Source: Candidatus Iainarchaeum sp.
GTDB taxonomy: Archaea > Iainarchaeota > Iainarchaeia > Iainarchaeales > JACQJH01
Assembly: GCA_016205145.1 (NCBI GenBank)
Contig: JACQJH010000001.1
Coordinates: 30,001-62,000 of the forward strand
Reading direction: 5' to 3'
Length of the DNA stretch: 32,000 nt
Made by a program: the position numbers and the translations under genes. Below, one piece after another: positions 24,460-32,000 of this stretch (position 1 is the stretch's first letter; each line of letters starts with the position of its first letter). Below the pieces are notes generated by a model. The model made no database searches, was not told where the DNA came from, and saw nothing but the letters and a program-made list of their open reading frames with translations.

Positions 24460-26242
24460 CACCTTGCGCCGGTTCATCAAAGCCGTCCGCACGGCCGCCG
24501 TTTCTTTTCCTGCTTTTCCAGACAAGATAAGCCGCGCCGGCGAGTGCAACAAGCACGGCGACTGCAAGGGCAACCGGCACAATGCCCGCTGACGGCGTTT
24601 TCGTTTCGGCTTTTCCGGTTTCAATTCTCGGCAGGCATTGCGCCAGGCAGCATTCAGCGCTGTCTGAAGCGGCGGCTGTTTTCGCCGAACAGTACGAGGC
24701 CTTGCCGCAAACCATTCCGTTTCTTTCCGCGCATGTCCCGGCCGCGGCTTTTTCCAACAGGTTGATTTCAAAGGATTTCTGCGTTCTTGTGCTGAGGTCG
24801 TTCACCACAAGAACATATGTTGCGGGCGGGGCTTCAAAGGACACGGTTTGAGGGGATGAGCCTGCAACGAATCCTTTGCTTTCGGGGTTTTGGGTTTCGC
24901 TGAGAAGGAAATAAAACGCATTGATGTCAGAGGCGGCATTGGAGCCGTTGGAAAATTCAAGGGCAAGCATTGACTTCGGCCTGTCGTAATTCCAGCTGAC
25001 GGCAAGTTTGGCTTTTTTTTCCTGCGCCGCAAATTCCTCGGCATTGATCGTGAAACAGTACCTGTCGAACACTTTTGACTGCTTTTCTATCTGCGAGCAG
25101 ACAGTGAAAAAGTCCAGCTTTGATTTCACGTCAAACGGGAATTTTGTGGTGAAAAAATCCGGTATGGCTATTTTGTCGAACGCCTGTTCCCCGGAAAAAA
25201 CCTCTTTTCCGGAACGCTCGTCCTTGACGGAAACCCTGAGGGAAAAGTTTTCGAAAACCGGCCTTGGCAGCGTATAATGGTCGGGGCTTGGCCCGATGAG
25301 GTATTCCAGTTCAACGTTCTCATTTTCGCCGAAGGAATAATCATTGAGCGAAACTTTCCTGATTTTGGCCGTGGGGCCGAGAACCACGCTTCTGTTCCTG
25401 TAAATGCTCTGCGTCCTTCCGCCGGAATCAACCAGTTCGAGCCTTATTGCATAAGCTGATGGCAGTTCGGGCGCTGCAAGCGAAACGTTCACTTCGGCGG
25501 TTTTTCCAGCGGCAACACTGCCGACCGGAATCTTCTTTTCCTCAAGGAACCTGTCGCAGGCAGTGTCGTCCCAGTCGCATATGCCGACTCTTAGTTCCAG
25601 GCCCCTCATTTCAGACGCGGAAGCGTTTTCAACAAAAACCGTGCTCTCTATTTTCTGCCCGGCCGCGATTCCCGGCCCGACAGGCCCCGGCTGGTGGTGG
25701 AACTCGGTTTTGGTTCGCACGATTTTCGCCTGCGGAAACGCGCCGTTTCCGCTGACCTTGAAGCGCACTGATTTCGGGGCCGCGAAAATATGCGCTATTC
25801 CTACGACGGGCGCACGCCTGTTGCGCAGGTACACGTCCATCCGGTAGTTTCCGGGCGCGGCGTCTTTTGGAATGGCGTATTCGAACGAAACTTTTTTCGC
25901 GTAATGCGGCGCAATGCTTATGTTTCCGATTTTTTTCTCGAAGAAAATGTTGTCGACGTCGCTCGACTGCGACGGGTAATAGAATCCGTTTCCCTGCACG
26001 ATTTCCGATATCACGTCCGCGTCGAAAAGCGGCGAGTCGTCAAGGTTCAGCAGGTTTATTTCCGCCCTGATTGTTTCGCCGGCGGAAAATTCTGTTTTGT
26101 TGAGCCGCACTGAAAGGTCTCCGCTGAAATTCTGCAGGGGTTCCGCAACCTTCTGCGTTTCCGCGGCAAAGGCAGGGGCGCAAAGCACGATAAGCGCAAA
26201 TGCAAGAAATGCAAACACCGCATGATGCGTTTTACCTGTCAT
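24443..26242 (-). CDS. Surface protein: signal peptide, beta-sandwich-like repeats, Cys-rich stalk, C-terminal TM and acidic tail (second gene of the surface operon)
   Basis: Signal peptide MTGKTHHAVFAFLAFALIVLCAPAFA. Cys motif CAERNGMVCGKASYCSAKTAAASDSAECCLAQC. TM GIVPVALAVAVLVALAGAAYLVW followed by KSRKR. AGGTGA lies 6 nt upstream of the ATG. Confidence 0.8.
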   Translation of the reverse strand: MTGKTHHAVFAFLAFALIVLCAPAFAAETQKVAEPLQNFSGDLSVRLNKTEFSAGETIRAEINLLNLDDSPLFDADVISEIVQGNGFYYPSQSSDVDNIFFEKKIGNISIAPHYAKKVSFEYAIPKDAAPGNYRMDVYLRNRRAPVVGIAHIFAAPKSVRFKVSGNGAFPQAKIVRTKTEFHHQPGPVGPGIAAGQKIESTVFVENASASEMRGLELRVGICDWDDTACDRFLEEKKIPVGSVAAGKTAEVNVSLAAPELPSAYAIRLELVDSGGRTQSIYRNRSVVLGPTAKIRKVSLNDYSFGENENVELEYLIGPSPDHYTLPRPVFENFSLRVSVKDERSGKEVFSGEQAFDKIAIPDFFTTKFPFDVKSKLDFFTVCSQIEKQSKVFDRYCFTINAEEFAAQEKKAKLAVSWNYDRPKSMLALEFSNGSNAASDINAFYFLLSETQNPESKGFVAGSSPQTVSFEAPPATYVLVVNDLSTRTQKSFEINLLEKAAAGTCAERNGMVCGKASYCSAKTAAASDSAECCLAQCLPRIETGKAETKTPSAGIVPVALAVAVLVALAGAAYLVWKSRKRNGGRADGFDEPAQGDDLEA

Positions 26243-29200
26243 TGTTTCTCACCTGGCTTGCGAAGTCTTCCACTGAAATGAGGGCATATGCTGTTTCCGA
26301 CAGGGAAACATTTGAAAGCGAGACAATAAAAGAGCCGCCTAATGCAATGGGTTCGCCCGTGAATTCCGCGAACACTTTGCCGCCTTCAATCCACACCCTC
26401 ACCTTGTCGGTTTCGGTTGTCGGAACCGCGTCCAGAACCGTGTCCGAATAATACCCGCCATGGTAATCCGGGTGCTCGAAAAGGTTGAGGGCGCCCTCCC
26501 CAAGATAGTATTTGACGCCTTTTCTCGGATTTGAAATCGCAGCGGTATGCTCCGTGCTTTCCATGCTCCGTTCGACCGCGCGCTTTTCAACGGTTATTTC
26601 CGTCACGGGAATGTCGGCTTTCACGCTTACGAAAAGCCAGTTGGTGTTGCCCTTGTTGTAGAACGAACCTGAAATGTCGTTGACGTTGGCTGTCGCGGCC
26701 GGCATGCGCACTTCCGCTGAAATGTGCTTGCAGGGCTGGTTCAGCGGGCATTTTTTGGCGTTGTCGCCTGTCAGGCATTCTTCCACGAGAAGGGGGGAAC
26801 AGCCGCCGCTGGCGGTTGGGGGAAGGGCGCTGATTGTGCAGGCAATGTTCAGGTTCTGCGAGCCGTTGTTTATTTTGAGGTCCTTTGCGGCGGCAAAGTT
26901 TGAACCGGGGCACTGGTCTGAGGAATCCAAAGAGTATGCGTCGAACCGCATGTCCTGCACGTTGTTTATTCCGACCGGAATGCTTTCGCTGGAAAACTCG
27001 CTTGAAGTGTTCACTAAAAATTCTTTCCAGCCGTTCTGCGTTGACTGGCTTTGGGTTGATTCAAAGAAATTTTCCGTGCCGGTTGCAATGGCCTTCCATT
27101 TGAATGAGATGCTTCCGGGCAGAGCGGGGTTTTGCTGCAACGCAACTCTTGCGGAGTCAATGCCCGTTTCTGGCCTGAAAGCGTCAACAAAGCCCGCGGG
27201 GCAGTTCCTTGAAATCACCGCAGACTGCGTGCTTTGTGTGCCAAAGTCAAAGCTTGTCCTGTCGATTCCGAAGCACGAGCCTGAATTGCCGGCAATGAAT
27301 GCAATGACCCTGCCAGCCGGAATGAACAGTATGTCGGATTCAAATTTTGCCCTCACAAAAACAGGGTATTGCCCCAGATAGACTTCCCCGGAATTCGCAG
27401 GATTGTCCGCAAGAACGGAAACGCTTTGCTCCGGATTTCCGGGGTTGAGCACAAAGCTTTTTGGCTGCACGTCAAGCTGTGAGATGATGTCGACCTGCGC
27501 AGGTTCCTGGCAGTTTTCAGCCCCGACAATGAAAGCATCTTCCTGTTCCGGCACCATGCTCAAAGATTCTTTGCTGATTGTTATGCAGTCGTACAGCGGG
27601 TTGAAGACGTTCGAGTATTGCACCGGAACCGGCGTTGACTCGATTTGCCTGTATCCTGGCTTTGTCGCCCGGAATTTCACGGAATTTTCCGCGGCTGGGC
27701 TGATGGTGAAAGAAAACCAGCCGTCAGAGTTTGTCATTGAAATTGCCGGGCCGCGGCTGTCGGCAAGCATTTTCACTGAAGCGTTCGCTATTGCATGCCC
27801 GTCAGACTTGTCAGTCAGCCTGCCGGAAACCTGCTGGTTGTCAATGGCGGGAAAAACGTTTTGCGGCAGGTTCTGGAATTGCATTTCCCTGTCGCTTGCG
27901 ATTCCGAAGAAAAGGGTTTGGCCCGCGCCCCCGATTTCCTGCGCATGCGACTGCACGCCAACTACCAGCTTTGCGGTTGCGGCCTCAACAACCGGCTTGA
28001 ATTTCAACGGCATTATTTCCGCGCCCGCCCCGATCGAGGTTTTCCTGGAATTTTGCGCAAACACCGCGTTTTCAAGTATTTTTGTCCGGGTGGCATCTGC
28101 CTTGTCGGGGAAAACGATTGCGTTGTCCGGGTCCTCTGATGCAACGGAAATGTCGAGATTGTCGAAATTGCGCCCGCTTGAATTCAATGCCTCGGCATAC
28201 AAAAAGCTTTCCGAAAAAATGTCAATCATCTGCCTGTCGGCCTGCCTGAAATTGTCCAAAGGAATCCTGTCCGCCGAGCCTTCCCTCTGCAGCCAGAAAT
28301 GCCAGATTATGGGCGGGCAGTCCTGTCCGGGCGTGCATATGGGCTCCGAAACCCCGAATTCCCTTGAAAGCGGCTGGGTCAAAACATCGGAGTCAAGCAC
28401 CCTCGCTTTTGCCTGCCAGTGCAGTTCGATTTTCGTTCCAGCCACAGCAGTGGGTTCGACAAAAATTTTCACGATTTCCGTGTAGGTCGTCCGGTTTTCC
28501 GGATTGTTCCAGTAGGCGTTCGCCTGCTTTGCGTTTGCCTGGGCAATGCAGTTCTGCGGGTCGGAAAAGACGTTTTCCGCTGAGAAACAATTGCTCAGAA
28601 CAGTCTGCCCGCCGGACGAAACTTCGGCTGATTCAATCCTTGCGACATAGCCCGATGCAGGCAAAGTCTGCATTGAATCCGGGCCGGCCCGCACATGCGA
28701 AACAAGATTCGAATAAGGCTTGTTCTGCGGCAAAGCAACCGCGAATTTGGCGAAATAGTAGTGGTTGGGTTCAAGCGAATGCGCTTTCCTGGTTGCCTGG
28801 CTGTCCTCATACAGCCCTTCCAATGTTGACAGGATTCCGGCATTCTGGTCTATTGACTGCGACATCAGCCTGATGTCAGAGCGAGTTTCCTGGTTCTGGA
28901 TGACATCGATCCTTGTCGTTATGGCTGAAATGTAACCATCCTTTTCCGCTTTCAGGTAGATGACGGCGTCGGACCTGAAACTGTTCGCCGCCTCGCCCCC
29001 GCTGCCCGTTGCTTTCTGTGCAAGCAGTTCCTGCTGCGGAGACAACGCATTGTAGAATGACACCGACGCGTTTTCAACCGGGCTGCCGGTCTCCCAGTCA
29101 GTGACAACCGCCTTGACTGAACCGCTGCCGATTGTTGCAAGTATTCTCACTGAAGTCGTCTGCCCCAATGAAACCGCAATGTTTTCCGCCACGCCATTGA

Positions 29201-30776
29201 AATCGTCCTTTTCGGCTTCTATCCTGTAAGTTCCGGCCGGCAGGCCCTCAAACAAAACATTGCCGTCGTTGTTTGTCAGGGAATAAGGATTGTTGGCAAC
29301 CGCGCCAGGGTAAGAGGAATTGTAAAGAAAAATTTTTGCCTCGCTTATTGGCCGGAGGTTTTCCTGATTGAGGACCGAAACCCTGATTTTTCCGGAATTC
29401 TGTTCGGTTGCCTGTTCCAAAGCGATTTCTTCCGGCGCATTGTCGTTCCTGCTTTTGAGCGGCAGGGGCTGCACAAACCTTGTCACATAGCCAGGGAAGG
29501 AAAAAATGCCCAGGAACGTTCTGTTCTCGACAAACCTTTCAAGCACGCCGTTCTGGTCCGAAGTGTACGAATTGAAAAACGACGCTCCGCCGGTTTCCGA
29601 ATTCGAATCGAAAACGCTTATCGAAACCCCGGGCAATGCCGCCTTTGTCCGGGAATCTGCTGTGCGCAAAAAAATCTTTTTCCCGTCAACCGCGATTGCG
29701 TCAAGCCTGATTGAAACAACCGCGGTTTCATCCGCATTCACATTCACGTTCGCGCTTTTCGACCTGCCGTCCCGCGCTACGACCCTGACAGTATAAGGGC
29801 CCGGTCTCACTTTATCAAAGAATGCCTTGCCGCTCGCATCGGTTTCCATGGAATCCGCAACCGAATTGTGCGAGTCAAGCAGCGTCGCCTGTGCCCCGGC
29901 AAAAGCCGAGCCATTGAAGTCAAGCACAGTCACTTCAACCGCGCCCTTCTGTTCCGGTTTCGATGCAATCGGCTCAAGCTCCACGTTCGTGGTGTCATTG
30001 GCAATCGGCACGGATGATTTCGGTTCAAAGCCGTTTGCCGTGAAGGATGCGAGCAAAGTGCCGCAGTCCCTTTCCGATTTTACCGAAAAGCTTCCACCGC
30101 TGAAAACAACCCTGTCATAGCCGGGGTTTCCTGAAATCTCGAATTTTTTCTTTCCGGTCGAGCACCTGAGTTCGGCCATCACTGAGCGGTCGTCGATAAT
30201 TTTTTTGGTTTCCGAGTTAACAACAACAACGGTTTTTTCGCCTGCCTGAAGTTCGGCTTCCGGGCCGCCTCCAATGTACGACAACACCACCCTGGATGCT
30301 TCGCCGCTTTTGAGTTCAAGTTTGCCGGAAAATGCGGCAAAGCCTTCAGCCGAAACCGTGACATCGGCTTCAACGCTTTCCCTGGGCAGGCCAAACGCGG
30401 CTTCGCCCCAGGCGTCCGTCGCTTTCTCGCTTTCCAGGCCTTCGCCTGAAACCTTCACGTCCGCGTTTTCGACAAAGTTTCCGAGAGCGTCGGCAACAAG
30501 GATTTTTGCGGAAAACGCGTGCGGGAAAAAAGATTCAAGCAGTTTGAAAAAGCCCGGGCCGAACGAGGAAAAAGCGAAGGCCGCAAGAACAAGCAGAATG
30601 GCAAACAGCAGTATTGCCAGCGGAAACGACGGCACTATCCTGTCAATGGGGTCGACGACCGCGTAGACCGGCACTCCTTTTCCGTGCAGCCAGTCCAGGA
30701 GACTGTAGTATTTGTCCTCAAGCGAATAATACGCTTCCTTAAACGAATCAATGATGCCCAATGCCCGCACCGCCAA
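26232..30776 (-). CDS. Giant (about 1514 aa) N-terminally anchored surface protein with multiple carboxypeptidase-regulatory-like (prealbumin-fold) repeats (first gene of the surface operon)
   Basis: No ATG near the start; TTG 30776 or GTG 30770. A cytoplasmic stretch of about 50 aa precedes the TM PSFPLAILLFAILLVLAAFAF. At least six repeats of the type V.V.D....P...A.V........T...G...F..L..G.Y...A...G(Y/F) span aa about 90-640, and one more lies near aa 1000. Confidence 0.85.
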   Translation of the reverse strand: MAVRALGIIDSFKEAYYSLEDKYYSLLDWLHGKGVPVYAVVDPIDRIVPSFPLAILLFAILLVLAAFAFSSFGPGFFKLLESFFPHAFSAKILVADALGNFVENADVKVSGEGLESEKATDAWGEAAFGLPRESVEADVTVSAEGFAAFSGKLELKSGEASRVVLSYIGGGPEAELQAGEKTVVVVNSETKKIIDDRSVMAELRCSTGKKKFEISGNPGYDRVVFSGGSFSVKSERDCGTLLASFTANGFEPKSSVPIANDTTNVELEPIASKPEQKGAVEVTVLDFNGSAFAGAQATLLDSHNSVADSMETDASGKAFFDKVRPGPYTVRVVARDGRSKSANVNVNADETAVVSIRLDAIAVDGKKIFLRTADSRTKAALPGVSISVFDSNSETGGASFFNSYTSDQNGVLERFVENRTFLGIFSFPGYVTRFVQPLPLKSRNDNAPEEIALEQATEQNSGKIRVSVLNQENLRPISEAKIFLYNSSYPGAVANNPYSLTNNDGNVLFEGLPAGTYRIEAEKDDFNGVAENIAVSLGQTTSVRILATIGSGSVKAVVTDWETGSPVENASVSFYNALSPQQELLAQKATGSGGEAANSFRSDAVIYLKAEKDGYISAITTRIDVIQNQETRSDIRLMSQSIDQNAGILSTLEGLYEDSQATRKAHSLEPNHYYFAKFAVALPQNKPYSNLVSHVRAGPDSMQTLPASGYVARIESAEVSSGGQTVLSNCFSAENVFSDPQNCIAQANAKQANAYWNNPENRTTYTEIVKIFVEPTAVAGTKIELHWQAKARVLDSDVLTQPLSREFGVSEPICTPGQDCPPIIWHFWLQREGSADRIPLDNFRQADRQMIDIFSESFLYAEALNSSGRNFDNLDISVASEDPDNAIVFPDKADATRTKILENAVFAQNSRKTSIGAGAEIMPLKFKPVVEAATAKLVVGVQSHAQEIGGAGQTLFFGIASDREMQFQNLPQNVFPAIDNQQVSGRLTDKSDGHAIANASVKMLADSRGPAISMTNSDGWFSFTISPAAENSVKFRATKPGYRQIESTPVPVQYSNVFNPLYDCITISKESLSMVPEQEDAFIVGAENCQEPAQVDIISQLDVQPKSFVLNPGNPEQSVSVLADNPANSGEVYLGQYPVFVRAKFESDILFIPAGRVIAFIAGNSGSCFGIDRTSFDFGTQSTQSAVISRNCPAGFVDAFRPETGIDSARVALQQNPALPGSISFKWKAIATGTENFFESTQSQSTQNGWKEFLVNTSSEFSSESIPVGINNVQDMRFDAYSLDSSDQCPGSNFAAAKDLKINNGSQNLNIACTISALPPTASGGCSPLLVEECLTGDNAKKCPLNQPCKHISAEVRMPAATANVNDISGSFYNKGNTNWLFVSVKADIPVTEITVEKRAVERSMESTEHTAAISNPRKGVKYYLGEGALNLFEHPDYHGGYYSDTVLDAVPTTETDKVRVWIEGGKVFAEFTGEPIALGGSFIVSLSNVSLSETAYALISVEDFASQVRNNDR

Positions 30777-30876
30777 AACCGGCTCTTTGATGTAAGAAAG
30801 AGTTTATCATATTTAATAGTTTTTGGGGTTCTGGAAAAAAGCTTTTATTCGGCTGGCCTCGACTTCCTATGATAGC

Positions 30877-31140
30877 ATGCCTAAAATCAGGATAGAATAC
30901 GACCGAGAAAACTGCATCGGGGCTTTCGCCTGCCTGGCAGTGCATCCCGATCTCTGGAAAAAAAACGATTCCGACAACAAGGCAGACCTTGAAGGCGGAA
31001 AGGAAAGCTCTGGAAAGTGGGTCAGGGAAATAGAATGCAGCGAGGATGAAAAGGAAAAAATCGTGTCAAGCGCCGAAGTCTGCCCCGTGCGCGTGATAAA
31101 AATCATTGACACGGAAACAGGTGCAGTCTTGGTCCAATAA
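30877..31140 (+). CDS. Small single-cluster ferredoxin-like protein
   Basis: 87 aa with IEYDRENCIGAFAC...EVCPVRVIKI, the Pyrococcus-type pattern C-x5-C ... CP. A TATA-like cttttattc lies about 30 nt upstream of ATG 30877. Confidence 0.65.
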   Translation: MPKIRIEYDRENCIGAFACLAVHPDLWKKNDSDNKADLEGGKESSGKWVREIECSEDEKEKIVSSAEVCPVRVIKIIDTETGAVLVQ

Positions 31141-31195
31141 CAGCACAGGCCCAAACAGTTCCTGCTGGTGCGAAGGCGGTTTCCAAAGTTTTGCT

Positions 31196-32000
31196 TCACG
31201 CCTGCCCCAGCTGCTTTTTGACCGCCAGCGCGGTCTTTTCCCCGATTATGCGCGACAAATCTTTCACGTCGATGTTTTTCATGTCCGCAATGCCTTTCAC
31301 ATTGGCGCGGAACAGCTTTCTTGCGCGAATCCTGCCTATGCCCCTGAATTCCGTCAAAACAATCAGCTCTTCCTTCACGCCGTGCACTATCCTCTTTCTA
31401 AGCTTTGCCAGTGGCATGTAGTGCGGCCTTGCCTCCAGCAGCATTGCAAGCTCCAGCATTGAATAGCAGAGCCAGTCGCAGATTTTGGTTTTCGAGTAAA
31501 GCGAGCCCGGATACATGGCATATTTTTTTAACAGCTCTTCCTCGGAAGTTTCCGAAATCCAGTCGTTGAGCAATTGCGCGGAAAGGAATTTTCCAAGCAA
31601 CTGGTTGTCCTCGAACATTTCAACGTCGACATTGACCGGAAGCAGGGCTTTTTCAGCCTGCAGCTGTTCCCATAATTCAGCCTCGTTCCTTTTTCCCACG
31701 CGCGGCAAAGGCATCATTTCAGAACAGCTTGAAACAGTGAAAAGATAGCCTAGTTCTACGGCCTTTCCCGCCTTCAGCGCCTTAATCATGCCGAACGCCG
31801 ACAAGGGGTCCAAGTAAAGTTCCGACACGCGTCTTCCTATGGGCGTGGCGACAAATTTTTTCGCGTCACTTTCCACAAAACCCATTTCCTGCAATTCGAG
31901 GACGATTGACTGGAGTTTTGAGAAAAACACGCGGTTGTTTGAGAACTGCCTGAAATAAAGCGTTTTTGAAAAAAACTCTTCCATCGAAGCCAGATCGAAA
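31196..32000 (-). CDS. hel308: Hel308/Ski2-like helicase, C-terminal part (winged-helix, ratchet and HhH domains); 5' end lies outside the window
   Basis: The frame stays open to the window edge. Motifs: ATPIGRRVSELYLDP, a ratchet-like helical region, and terminal LTEFRGIGRIRARKLF (helix-hairpin-helix). Confidence 0.8.
   Translation of the reverse strand, partial: FDLASMEEFFSKTLYFRQFSNNRVFFSKLQSIVLELQEMGFVESDAKKFVATPIGRRVSELYLDPLSAFGMIKALKAGKAVELGYLFTVSSCSEMMPLPRVGKRNEAELWEQLQAEKALLPVNVDVEMFEDNQLLGKFLSAQLLNDWISETSEEELLKKYAMYPGSLYSKTKICDWLCYSMLELAMLLEARPHYMPLAKLRKRIVHGVKEELIVLTEFRGIGRIRARKLFRANVKGIADMKNIDVKDLSRIIGEKTALAVKKQLGQA

Noticed and set aside
24443-24600. C-terminus of the 599-aa protein as a PGF-CTERM-type archaeosortase sorting signal
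   Set aside because: There is no PGF/PEF/VPXXXP motif before the TM. In addition, the basic patch KSRKR is followed by a further 19-residue acidic tail, whereas canonical signals end right after the basic residues. It is more simply a type I TM anchor. Recognition by the divergent mini-sortase cannot be excluded.
26674-28485. Plus-strand ORFs of 235 aa and 360 aa (26674-27381, 27403-28485) inside the giant surface-protein gene
   Set aside because: These are antisense shadow frames of the 1514-aa gene. Their Ser/Cys/Leu-rich translations have no domain signature.
1-32000. tRNA, rRNA or other canonical RNA genes
   Set aside because: I scanned the intergenic regions by eye for T-arm-like GGTTCRANYC motifs and rRNA-like segments and found none. 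This needs tRNAscan-SE/Infernal to confirm.

Overview
Densely packed archaeal chromosomal segment. Hand-counted 60-nt lines in typical genes give about 48-50% G+C. Many start/stop overlaps and several GTG/TTG starts are present. The archaeal assignment rests on PolD DP1/DP2, Orc1/Cdc6, CDP-archaeol synthase, eS1 and uS15, Bud32, SepF, an archaeosortase-like protein and Hel308. A small-genome, DPANN-like lineage is only an inference from gene compaction and giant surface proteins.

Gene order:
- valS (partial), lipoprotein, a structured 270-nt spacer, bud32
- five-HTH coiled-coil orphan, rps15, rps3ae
- DUF92, sppA(-), carS overlapping an archaeosortase-like gene, secD(-), secF(-)
- nog1-like GTPase, UPF0147 overlapping DP1, DP2
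- a roughly 670-bp low-GC island with one orphan ORF, orc1/cdc6(-), 430-aa orphan
- sepF, tail-anchored orphan
- three overlapping surface-protein genes (1514, 599 and about 815 aa, minus strand)
- small ferredoxin, hel308 (partial, -)

No rRNA, tRNA, transposase, integrase, cas gene or known defence gene was recognised.

Most interesting candidates:
1. The translationally coupled 8.7-kb surface-protein operon of unrecognised families.
2. The carS/mini-archaeosortase coupling inside an envelope-biogenesis neighbourhood.
3. The low-GC orphan island wedged between DP2 and cdc6.
4. Two large orphans (a five-HTH coiled-coil protein, and the protein divergent from cdc6).
5. SepF with a downstream tail-anchored partner.
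6. A modular hairpin/26-mer repeat spacer upstream of bud32.

All family assignments come from motif recognition by eye. None has been checked by HMM or database search.
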